Shown piece by piece: positions 1-12,925 of a DNA stretch of 64,000 bases. Each line of letters starts with the position of its first letter. The stretch's first letter is position 1. Origin of the DNA: Eledone cirrhosa. Its lineage: Eukaryota. A program made the translations under genes and the position numbers. The notes below the pieces were generated by a model, which worked only from the letters and a program-made list of their open reading frames with translations, was not told where the DNA came from and did no database searches. Location: positions 62,001 to 126,000 of the forward strand of contig CAXHJY010000346.1 of the NCBI GenBank assembly GCA_964016885.1. Reading direction: 5' to 3'.

Positions 1-81
1 AGCCAATGAGTGTCTGCACATGTACCAGTAATTACAGATCGATCCGACCACGGGCGGCCGGCCCGCGATTGAAAAGGTAAC

Positions 82-142
82 TCCGCCGGCAAATCGTCAT
101 TTTTGGATTCGTTTTCTTCGAAGCACACCATTCGCCGGCGGA
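82..142. repeat. Intra-monomer 13-bp inverted repeat (arms 82-94 and 130-142, 35-nt spacer), present in every monomer
   Basis: The reverse complement of tccgccggcaaat (82-94) is atttgccggcgga. Positions 130-142 read attcgccggcgga (1 mismatch), and are a perfect match in monomers carrying c133t (e.g. the unit at 455-681). Confidence 0.9.
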
Positions 143-3100
143 CTTTGTTGACGTTTAACACGGTTTGGTTCCACAGCCACAACTATTGATTTTACGGAGA
201 TATCTTGCTGAAATTCACGCCACCCATAGCCAATGAGTGTCTGCACATGTCCCAGTAATTACAGATCGATCCGACCACGGGCGGCCGGGCCGCGATTGAA
301 AAGGTAACTCCGCCGGCAAATCGTCATTTTTGGATTCGTTTTCTTCGAAGCACACCATTCGCCGGCGGACTTTGCTGACGTTTAACACGGTTTGGTTCCA
401 CAGCCACAACTATTGATTTTACGGAGATATCTTGCTGAAATTCACGCCACACATAGCCAATGAGTGTCTGCACATGTACCAGTAATTACAGATCGATCCG
501 ACCACGGGCGGCCGGCCCGCGATTGAAAAGGTAACTCCGCCGGCAAATCGTCATTTTTGGATTCGTTTTCTTCGAAGCACACCATTTGCCGGCGGACTTT
601 GCTGACGTTTAACACGGTTTGGTTCCACAGCCACAACTATTGATTTTACGGAGATATCTTGCTGAAATTCACGCCACACATAGCCAATGAGTGTCTGCAC
701 ATGTACCAGTAATTACAGATCGATCCGACCACGGGCGGCCGGCCCGCGATTGAAAAGGTAACTCCGCCGGCAAATCGTCATTTTTGGATTCGTTTTCTTC
801 GAAGCACACCATTCGCCGGCGGACTTTGTTGACGTTTAACACGGTTTGGTTCCACAGCCACAACTATTGATTTTACGGAGATATCTTGCTGAAATTCACG
901 CCACCCATAGCCAATGAGTGTCTGCACATGTACCAGTAATTACAGATCGATCCGACCACGGGCGGCCGGCCCGCGATTGAAAAGGTAACTCCGCCGGCAA
1001 ATCGTCATTTTTGGATTCGTTTTCTTCGAAGCACACCATTTGCCGGCGGACTTTGCTGACGTTTAACACGGTTTGGTTCCACAGCCACAACTATTGATTT
1101 TACGGAGATATCTTGCTGAAATTCACGCCACCCATAGCCAATGAGTGTCTGCACAGGTACCAGTAATTACAGATCGATCCGACCACGGGCGGCCGGCCCG
1201 CGATTGAAAAGGTAACTCCGCCGGCAAATCGTCATTTTTGGATTCGTTTTCTTCGAAGCACACCATTCGCCGGCGGACTTTGTTGACGTTTAACACGGTT
1301 TGGTTCCACAGCCACAACTATTGATTTTACGGAGATATCTTGCTGAAATTCACGCCACACATAGCCAATGAGTGTCTGCACATGTACCAGTAATTACAGA
1401 TCGATCCGACCACGGGCGGCCGGCCCGCGATTGAAAAGGTAACTCCGCCGGCAAATCGTCATTTTTGGATTCGTTTTCTTCGAAGCACACCATTCGCCGG
1501 CGGACTTTGTTGACGTTTAACACGGTTTGGTTCCACAGCCACAACTATTGATTTTACGGAGATATCTTGCTGAAATTCACGCCACCCATAGCCAATGAGT
1601 GTCTGCACATGTACCAGTAATTACAGATCGATCCGACCACGGGCGGCCGGCCCGCGATTGAAAAGGTAACTCCGCCGGCAAATCGTCATTTTTGGATTCG
1701 TTTTCTTCGAAGCACACCATTCGCCGGCGGACTTTGCTGACGTTTAACACGGTTTGGTTCCACAGCCACAACTATTGATTTTACGGAGATATCTTGCTGA
1801 AATTCACGCCACACATAGCCAATGAGTGTCTGCACATGTACCAGTAATTACAGATCGATCCGACCACGGGCGGCCGGCCCGCGATTGAAAAGGTAACTCC
1901 GCCGGCAAATCGTCATTTTTGGATTCGTTTTCTTCGAAGCACACCATTTGCCGGCGGACTTTGCTGACGTTTAACACGGTTTGGTTCCACAGCCACAACT
2001 ATTGATTTTACGGAGATATCTTGCTGAAATTCACGCCACACATAGCCAATGAGTGTCTGCACATGTACCAGTAATTACAGATCGATCCGACCACGGGCGG
2101 CCGGCCCGCGATTGAAAAGGTAACTCCGCCGGCAAATCGTCATTTTTGGATTCGTTTTCTTCGAAGCACACCATTCGCCGGCGGACTTTGTTGACGTTTA
2201 ACACGGTTTGGTTCCACAGCCACAACTATTGATTTTACGGAGATATCTTGCTGAAATTCACGCCACCCATAGCCAATGAGTGTCTGCACATGTACCAGTA
2301 ATTACAGATCGATCCGACCACGGGCGGCCGGCCCGCGATTGAAAAGGTAACTCCGCCGGCAAATCGTCATTTTTGGATTCGTTTTCTTCGAAGCACACCA
2401 TTCGCCGGCGGACTTTGCTGACGTTTAACACGGTTTGGTTCCACAACCACAACTATTGATTTTACGGAGATATCTTGCTGAAATTCACGCCACACATAGC
2501 CAATGAGTGTCTGCACATGTACCAGTAATTACAGATCGATCCGACCACGGGCGGCCGGCCCGCGATTGAAAAGGTAACTCCGCCGGCAAATCGTCATTTT
2601 TGGATTCGTTTTCTTCGAAGCACACCATTCGCCGGCGGACTTTGTTGACGTTTAACACGGTTTGGTTCCACAGCCACAACTATTGATTTTACGGAGATAT
2701 CTTGCTGAAATTCACGCCACCCATAGCCAATGAGTGTCTGCACATGTACCAGTAATTACAGATCGATCCGACCACGGGCGGCCGGCCCGCGATTGAAAAG
2801 GTAACTCCGCCGGCAAATCGTCATTTTTGGATTCGTTTTCTTCGAAGCACACCATTCGCCGGCGGACTTTGCTGACGTTTAACACGGTTTGGTTCCACAG
2901 CCACAACTATTGATTTTACGGAGATATCTTGCTGAAATTCACGCCACACATAGCCAATGAGTGTCTGCACATGTACCAGTAATTACAGATCGATCCGACC
3001 ACGGGCGGCCGGCCCGCGATTGAAAAGGTAACTCCGCCGGCAAATCGTCATTTTTGGATTCGTTTTCTCGAAGCACACCATTCGCCGGCGGACTTTGTTG

Positions 3101-6100
3101 ACGTTTAACACGGTTTGGTTCCACAGCCACAACTATTGATTTTACGGAGATATCTTGCTGAAATTCACGCCACACATAGCCAATGAGTGTCTGCACATGT
3201 ACCAGTAATTACAGATCGATCCGACCACGGGCGGCCGGCCCGCGATTGAAAAGGTAACTCCGCCGGCAAATCGTCATTTTTGGATTCGTTTTCTTCGAAG
3301 CACACCATTCGCCGGCGGACTTTGTTGACGTTTAACACGGTTTGGTTCCACAGCCACAACTATTGATTTTACGGAGATATCTTGCTGAAATTCACGCCAC
3401 CCATAGCCAATGAGTGTCTGCACATGTACCAGTAATTACAGATCGATCCGACCACGGGCGGCCGGCCCGCGATTGAAAAGGTAACTCCGCCGGCAAATCG
3501 TCATTTTTGGATTCGTTTTCTTCGAAGCACACCATTCGCCGGCGGACTTTGCTGACGTTTAACACGGTTTGGTTCCACAACCACAACTATTGATTTTACG
3601 GAGATATCTTGCTGAAATTCACGCCACACATAGCCAATGAGTGTCTGCACATGTACCAGTAATTACAGATCGATCCGACCACGGGCGGCCGGCCCGCGAT
3701 TGAAAAGGTAACTCCGCCGGCAAATCGTCATTTTTGGATTCGTTTTCTTCGAAGCACACCATTTGCCGGCGGACTTTGCTGACGTTTAACACGGTTTGGT
3801 TCCACAGCCACAACTATTGATTTTACGGAGATATCTTGCTGGAATTCACGCCACACATAGCCAATGAGTGTCTGCACATGTACCAGTAATTACAGATCGA
3901 TCCGACCACGGGCGGCCGGCCCGCGATTGAAAAGGTAACTCCGCCGGCAAATCGTCATTTTTGGATTCGTTTTCTTCGAAGCACACCATTCGCCGGCGGA
4001 CTTTGTTGACGTTTAACACGGTTTGGTTCCACAGCCACAACTATTGATTTTACGGAGATATCTTGCTGAAATTCACGCCACCCATAGCCAATGAGTGTCT
4101 GCACATGTACCAGTAATTACAGATCGATCCGACCACGGGCGGCCGGCCCGCGATTGAAAAGGTAACTCCGCCGGCAAATCGTCATTTTTGGATTCGTTTT
4201 CTTCGAAGCACACCATTCGCCGGCGGACTTTGCTGACGTTTAACACGGTTTGGTTCCACAACCACAACTATTGATTTTACGGAGATATCTTGCTGAAATT
4301 CACGCCACACATAGCCAATGAGTGTCTGCACATGTACCAGTAATTACAGATCGATCCGACCACGGGCGGCCGGGCCGCGATTGAAAAGGTAACTCCGCCG
4401 GCAAATCGTCATTTTTGGATTCGTTTTCTTCGAAGCACACCATTCGCCGGCGGACTTTGCTGACGTTTAACACGGTTTGGTTCCACAGCCACAACTATTG
4501 ATTTTACGGAGATATCTTGCTGAAATTCACGCCACACATAGCCAATGAGTGTCTGCACATGTACCAGTAATTACAGATCGATCCGACCACGGGCGGCCGG
4601 CCCGCGATTGAAAAGGTAACTCCGCCGGCAAATCGTCATTTTTGGATTCGTTTTCTTCGAAGCACACCATTCGCCGGCGGACTTTGTTGACGTTTAACAC
4701 GGTTTGGTTCCACAGCCACAACTATTGATTTTACGGAGATATCTTGCTGAAATTCACGCCACCCATAGCCAATGAGTGTCTGCACATGTACCAGTAATTA
4801 CAGATCGATCCGACCACGGGCGGCCGGCCCGCGATTGAAAAGGTAACTCCGCCGGCAAATCGTCATTTTTGGATTCGTTTTCTTCGAAGCACACCATTCG
4901 CCGGCGGACTTTGTTGACGTTTAACACGGTTTGGTTCCACAGCCACAACTATTGATTTTACGGAGATATCTTGCTGAAATTCACGCCACCCATAGCCAAT
5001 GAGTGTCTGCACATGTACCAGTAATTACAGATCGATCCGACCACGGGCGGCCGGCCCGCGATTGAAAAGGTAACTCCGCCGGCAAATCGTCATTTTTGGA
5101 TTCGTTTTCTTCGAAGCACACCATTCGCCGGCGGACTTTGCTGACGTTTAACACGGTTTGGTTCCACAACCACAACTATTGATTTTACGGAGATATCTTG
5201 CTGAAATTCACGCCACACATAGCCAATGAGTGTCTGCACATGTACCAGTAATTACAGATCGATCCGACCACGGGCGGCCGGCCCGCGATTGAAAAGGTAA
5301 CTCCGCCGGCAAATCGTCATTTTTGGATTCGTTTTCTTCGAAGCACACCATTCGCCGGCGGACTTTGCTGACGTTTAACACGGTTTGGTTCCACAACCAC
5401 AACTATTGATTTTACGGAGATATCTTGCTGGAATTCACGCCACACATAGCCAATGAGTGTCTGCACATGTACCAGTAATTACAGATCGATCCGACCACGG
5501 GCGGCCGGCCCGCGATTGAAAAGGTAACTCCGCCGGCAAATCGTCATTTTTGGATTCGTTTTCTTCGAAGCACACCATTCGCCGGCGGACTTTGTTGACG
5601 TTTAACACGGTTTGGTTCCACAGCCACAACTATTGATTTTACGGAGATATCTTGCTGAAATTCACGCCACCCATAGCCAATGAGTGTCTGCACATGTACC
5701 AGTAATTACAGATCGATCCGACCACGGGCGGCCGGCCCGCGATTGAAAAGGTAACTCCGCCGGCAAATCGTCATTTTTGGATTCGTTTTCTTCGAAGCAC
5801 ACCATTCGCCGGCGGACTTTGCTGACGTTTAACACGGTTTGGTTCCACAACCACAACTATTGATTTTACGGAGATATCTTGCTGAAATTCACGCCACACA
5901 TAGCCAATGAGTGTCTGCACATGTACCAGTAATTACAGATCGATCCGACCACGGGCGGCCGGCCCGCGATTGAAAAGGTAACTCCGCCGGCAAATCGTCA
6001 TTTTTGGATTCGTTTTCTTCGAAGCACACCATTCGCCGGCGGACTTTGCTGACGTTTAACACGGTTTGGTTCCACAACCACAACTATTGATTTTACGGAG

Positions 6101-8839
6101 ATATCTTGCTGAAATTCACGCCACACATAGCCAATGAGTGTCTGCACATGTACCAGTAATTACAGATCGATCCGACCACGGGCGGCCGGCCCGCGATTGA
6201 AAAGGTAACTCCGCCGGCAAATCGTCATTTTTGGATTCGTTTTCTTCGAAGCACACCATTTGCCGGCGGACTTTGCTGACGTTTAACACGGTTTGGTTCC
6301 ACAGCCACAACTATTGATTTTACGGAGATATCTTGCTGGAATTCACGCCACACATAGCCAATGAGTGTCTGCACATGTACCAGTAATTACAGATCGATCC
6401 GACCACGGGCGGCCGGCCCGCGATTGAAAAGGTAACTCCGCCGGCAAATCGTCATTTTTGGATTCGTTTTCTTCGAAGCACACCATTCGCCGGCGGACTT
6501 TGTTGACGTTTAACACGGTTTGGTTCCACAGCCACAACTATTGATTTTACGGAGATATCTTGCTGAAATTCACGCCACCCATAGCCAATGAGTGTCTGCA
6601 CATGTACCAGTAATTACAGATCGATCCGACCACGGGCGGCCGGCCCGCGATTGAAAAGGTAACTCCGCCGGCAAATCGTCATTTTTGGATTCGTTTTCTT
6701 CGAAGCACACCATTCGCCGGCGGACTTTGCTGACGTTTAACACGGTTTGGTTCCACAACCACAACTATTGATTTTACGGAGATATCTTGCTGAAATTCAC
6801 GCCACACATAGCCAATGAGTGTCTGCACATGTACCAGTAATTACAGATCGATCCGACCACGGGCGGCCGGGCCGCGATTGAAAAGGTAACTCCGCCGGCA
6901 AATCGTCATTTTTGGATTCGTTTTCTTCGAAGCACACCATTCGCCGGCGGACTTTGCTGACGTTTAACACGGTTTGGTTCCACAGCCACAACTATTGATT
7001 TTACGGAGATATCTTGCTGAAATTCACGCCACACATAGCCAATGAGTGTCTGCACATGTACCAGTAATTACAGATCGATCCGACCACGGGCGGCCGGCCC
7101 GCGATTGAAAAGGTAACTCCGCCGGCAAATCGTCATTTTTGGATTCGTTTTCTTCGAAGCACACCATTCGCCGGCGGACTTTGTTGACGTTTAACACGGT
7201 TTGGTTCCACAGCCACAACTATTGATTTTACGGAGATATCTTGCTGAAATTCACGCCACCCATAGCCAATGAGTGTCTGCACATGTACCAGTAATTACAG
7301 ATCGATCCGACCACGGGCGGCCGGCCCGCGATTGAAAAGGTAACTCCGCCGGCAAATCGTCATTTTTGGATTCGTTTTCTTCGAAGCACACCATTCGCCG
7401 GCGGACTTTGCTGACGTTTAACACGGTTTGGTTCCACAGCCACAACTATTGATTTTACGGAGATATCTTGCTGAAATTCACGCCACCCATAGCCAATGAG
7501 TGTCTGCACATCTACCAGTAATTACAGATCGATCCGACCACGGGCGGCCGGCCCGCGATTGAAAAGGTAACTCCGCCGGCAAATCGTCATTTTTGGATTC
7601 GTTTTCTTCGAAGCACACCATTCGCCGGCGGACTTTGCTGACGTTTAACACGGTTTGGTTCCACAGCCACAACTATTGATTTTACGGAGATATCTTGCTG
7701 AAATTCACGCCACACATAGCCAATGAGTGTCTGCACATGTACCAGTAATTACAGATCGACCCGACCACGGGCGGCCGGCCCGCGATTGAAAAGGTAACTC
7801 CGCCGGCAAATCGTCATTTTTGGATTCGTTTTCTTCGAAGCACACCATTCGCCGGCGGACTTTGTTGACGTTTAACACGGTTTGGTTCCACAGCCACAAC
7901 TATTGATTTTACGGAGATATCTTGCTGAAATTCACGCCACACATAGCCAATGAGTGTCTGCACATGTACCAGTAATTACAGATCGATCCGACCACGGGCG
8001 GCCGGGCCGCGATTGAAAAGGTAACTCCGCCGGCAAATCGTCATTTTTGGATTCGTTTTCTTCGAAGCACACCATTCGCCGGCGGACTTTGCTGACGTTT
8101 AACACGGTTTGGTTCCACAGCCACAACTATTGATTTTACGGAGATATCTTGCTGAAATTCACGCCACACATAGCCAATGAGTGTCTGCACATGTACCAGT
8201 AATTACAGATCGATCCGACCACGGGCGGCCGGCCCGCGATTGAAAAGGTAACTCCGCCGGCAAATCGTCATTTTTGGATTCGTTTTCTTCGAAGCACACC
8301 ATTCGCCGGCGGACTTTGTTGACGTTTAACACGGTTTGGTTCCACAGCCACAACTATTGATTTTACGGAGATATCTTGCTGAAATTCACGCCACCCATAG
8401 CCAATGAGTGTCTGCACATGTACCAGTAATTACAGATCGATCCGACCACGGGCGGCCGGCCCGCGATTGGAAAGGTAACTCCGCCGGCAAATCGTCATTT
8501 TTGGATTCGTTTTCTTCGAAGCACACCATTCGCCGGCGGACTTTGCTGACGTTTAACACGGTTTGGTTCCACAGCCACAACTATTGATTTTACGGAGATA
8601 TCTTGCTGAAATTCACGCCACACATAGCCAATGAGTGTCTGCACATGTACCAGTAATTACAGATCGATCCGACCACGGGCGGCCGGCCCGCGATTGAAAA
8701 GGTAACTCCGCCGGCAAATCGTCATTTTTGGATTCGTTTTCTTCGAAGCACACCATTTGCCGGCGGACTTTGCTGACGTTTAACACGGTTTGGTTCCACA
8801 GCCACAACTATTGATTTTACGGAGATATCTTGCTGGAAT

Positions 8840-11800
8840 TCACGCCACACATAGCCAATGAGTGTCTGCACATGTACCAGTAATTACAGATCGATCCGAC
8901 CACGGGCGGCCGGCCCGCGATTGAAAAGGTAACTCCGCCGGCAAATCGTCATTTTTGGATTCGTTTTCTTCGAAGCACACCATTCGCCGGCGGACTTTGC
9001 TGACGTTTAACACGGTTTGGTTCCACAACCACAACTATTGATTTTACGGAGATATCTTGCTGAAATTCACGCCACACATAGCCAATGAGTGTCTGCACAT
9101 GTACCAGTAATTACAGATCGATCCGACCACGGGCGGCCGGCCCGCGATTGAAAAGGTAACTCCGCCGGCAAATCGTCATTTTTGGATTCGTTTTCTTCGA
9201 AGCACACCATTCGCCGGCGGACTTTGTTGACGTTTAACACGGTTTGGTTCCACAGCCACAACTATTGATTTTACGGAGATATCTTGCTGAAATTCACGCC
9301 ACCCATAGCCAATGAGTGTCTGCACATGTACCAGTAATTACAGATCGATCCGACCACGGGCGGCCGGCCCGCGATTGAAAAGGTAACTCCGCCGGCAAAT
9401 CGTCATTTTTGGATTCGTTTTCTTCGAAGCACACCATTCGCCGGCGGACTTTGCTGACGTTTAACACGGTTTGGTTCCACAGCCACAACTATTGATTTTA
9501 CGGAGATATCTTGCTGAAATTCACGCCACACATAGCCAATGAGTGTCTGCACATGTACCAGTAATTACAGATCGATCCGACCACGGGCGGCCGGCCCGCG
9601 ATTGAAAAGGTAACTCCGCCGGCAAATCGTCATTTTTGGATTCGTTTTCTTCGAAGCACACCATTCGCCGGCGGACTTTGTTGACGTTTAACACGGTTTG
9701 GTTCCACAGCCACAACTATTGATTTTACGGAGATATCTTGCTGAAATTCACGCCACCCATAGCCAATGAGTGTCTGCACATGTACCAGTAATTACAGATC
9801 GATCCGACCACGGGCGGCCGGCCCGCGATTGGAAAGGTAACTCCGCCGGCAAATCGTCATTTTTGGATTCGTTTTCTTCGAAGCACACCATTCGCCAGCG
9901 GACTTTGCTGACGTTTAACACGGTTTGGTTCCACAGCCACAACTATTGATTTTACGGAGATATCTTGCTGAAATTCACGCCACACATAGCCAATGAGTGT
10001 CTGCACATGTACCAGTAATTACAGATCGATCCGACCACGGGCGGCCGGCCCGCGATTGAAAAGGTAACTCCGCCGGCAAATCGTCATTTTTGGATTCGTT
10101 TTCTTCGAAGCACACCATTCGCCGGCGGACTTTGCTGACGTTTAACACGGTTTGGTTCCACAGCCACAACTATTGATTTTACGGAGATATCTTGCTGGAA
10201 TTCACGCCACACATAGCCAATGAGTGTCTGCACATGTACCAGTAATTACAGATCGATCCGACCACGGGCGGCCGGCCCGCGATTGAAAAGGTAACTCCGC
10301 CGGCAAATCGTCATTTTTGGATTCGTTTTCTTCGAAGCACACCATTCGCCGGCGGACTTTGCTGACGTTTAACACGGTTTGGTTCCACAGCCACAACTAT
10401 TGATTTTACGGAGATATCTTGCTGAAATTCACGCCACCCATAGCCAATGAGTGTCTGCACATGTACCAGTAATTACAGATCGATCCGACCACGGGCGGCC
10501 GGCCCGCGATTGAAAAGGTAACTCCGCCGGCAAATCGTCATTTTTGGATTCGTTTTCTTCGAAGCACACCATTCGCCGGCGGACTTTGCTGACGTTTAAC
10601 ACGGTTTGGTTCCACAACCACAACTATTGATTTTACGGAGATATCTTGCTGAAATTCACGCCACACATAGCCAATGAGTGTCTGCACATGTACCAGTAAT
10701 TACAGATCGATCCGACCACGGGCGGCCGGCCCGCGATTGAAAAGGTAACTCCGCCGGCAAATCGTCATTTTTGGATTCGTTTTCTTCGAAGCACACCATT
10801 CGCCGGCGGACTTTGCTGACGTTTAACACGGTTTGGTTCCACAACCACAACTATTGATTTTACGGAGATATCTTGCTGGAATTCACGCCACACATAGCCA
10901 ATGAGTGTCTGCACATGTACCAGTAATTACAGATCGATCCGACCACGGGCGGCCGGCCCGCGATTGAAAAGGTAACTCCGCCGGCAAATCGTCATTTTTG
11001 GATTCGTTTTCTTCGAAGCACACCATTCGCCGGCGGACTTTGCTGACGTTTAACACGGTTTGGTTCCACAACCACAACTATTGATTTTACGGAGATATCT
11101 TGCTGAAATTCACGCCACACATAGCCAATGAGTGTCTGCACATGTACCAGTAATTACAGATCGATCCGACCACGGGCGGCCGGCCCGCGATTGAAAAGGT
11201 AACTCCGCCGGCAAATCGTCATTTTTGGATTCGTTTTCTTCGAAGCACACCATTCGCCGGCGGACTTTGTTGACGTTTAACACGGTTTGGTTCCACAGCC
11301 ACAACTATTGATTTTACGGAGATATCTTGCTGAAATTCACGCCACCCATAGCCAATGAGTGTCTGCACATGTACCAGTAATTACAGATCGATCCGACCAC
11401 GGGCGGCCGGCCCGCGATTGAAAAGGTAACTCCGCCGGCAAATCGTCATTTTTGGATTCGTTTTCTTCGAAGCACACCATTCGCCGGCGGACTTTGCTGA
11501 CGTTTAACACGGTTTGGTTCCACAGCCACAACTATTGATTTTACGGAGATATCTTGCTGAAATTCACGCCACACATAGCCAATGAGTGTCTGCACATGTA
11601 CCAGTAATTACAGATCGATCCGACCACGGGCGGCCGGCCCGCGATTGAAAAGGTAACTCCGCCGGCAAATCGTCATTTTTGGATTCGTTTTCTTCGAAGC
11701 ACACCATTCGCCGGCGGACTTTGTTGACGTTTAACACGGTTTGGTTCCACAGCCACAACTATTGATTTTACGGAGATATCTTGCTGAAATTCACGCCACC

Positions 11801-12925
11801 CATAGCCAATGAGTGTCTGCACATGTACCAGTAATTACAGATCGATCCGACCACGGGCGGCCGGCCCGCGATTGGAAAGGTAACTCCGCCGGCAAATCGT
11901 CATTTTTGGATTCGTTTTCTTCGAAGCACACCATTCGCCAGCGGACTTTGCTGACGTTTAACACGGTTTGGTTCCACAGCCACAACTATTGATTTTACGG
12001 AGATATCTTGCTGAAATTCACGCCACACATAGCCAATGAGTGTCTGCACATGTACCAGTAATTACAGATCGATCCGACCACGGGCGGCCGGCCCGCGATT
12101 GAAAAGGTAACTCCGCCGGCAAATCGTCATTTTTGGATTCGTTTTCTTCGAAGCACACCATTCGCCGGCGGACTTTGCTGACGTTTAACACGGTTTGGTT
12201 CCACAGCCACAACTATTGATTTTACGGAGATATCTTGCTGGAATTCACGCCACACATAGCCAATGAGTGTCTGCACATGTACCAGTAATTACAGATCGAT
12301 CCGACCACGGGCGGCCGGCCCGCGATTGAAAAGGTAACTCCGCCGGCAAATCGTCATTTTTGGATTCGTTTTCTTCGAAGCACACCATTCGCCGGCGGAC
12401 TTTGCTGACGTTTAACACGGTTTGGTTCCACAGCCACAACTATTGATTTTACGGAGATATCTTGCTGAAATTCACGCCACCCATAGCCAATGAGTGTCTG
12501 CACATGTACCAGTAATTACAGATCGATCCGACCACGGGCGGCCGGCCCGCGATTGAAAAGGTAACTCCGCCGGCAAATCGTCATTTTTGGATTCGTTTTC
12601 TTCGAAGCACACCATTCGCCGGCGGACTTTGCTGACGTTTAACACGGTTTGGTTCCACAACCACAACTATTGATTTTACGGAGATATCTTGCTGAAATTC
12701 ACGCCACACATAGCCAATGAGTGTCTGCACATGTACCAGTAATTACAGATCGATCCGACCACGGGCGGCCGGCCCGCGATTGAAAAGGTAACTCCGCCGG
12801 CAAATCGTCATTTTTGGATTCGTTTTCTTCGAAGCACACCATTCGCCGGCGGACTTTGCTGACGTTTAACACGGTTTGGTTCCACAACCACAACTATTGA
12901 TTTTACGGAGATATCTTGCTGGAAT
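8840..12925. repeat. Higher-order repeat: tandem duplication of a 9-monomer block (period 2043 bp)
   Basis: Same order of variant monomers in 8840-10882 and 10883-12925. The rare g137a marker is at 9897 and 11940 (difference 2043 = 9 x 227). Confidence 0.88.

Noticed and set aside
100-140. CENP-B box
   Set aside because: ttcg occurs several times but none is followed by the NNNNANNCGGG pattern on either strand.
1-227. 5S rRNA, tRNA or SINE-derived tandem unit
   Set aside because: No recognisable 5S sequence or cloverleaf. ggttccacag only loosely resembles a Pol III B-box and fails GTTCRANNC.
1-227. Hammerhead ribozyme or viroid-like 227-nt circular RNA monomer
   Set aside because: The size and self-complementarity are suggestive, but the CUGANGA core is absent on both strands (only ctgacgt and ctgaaat).
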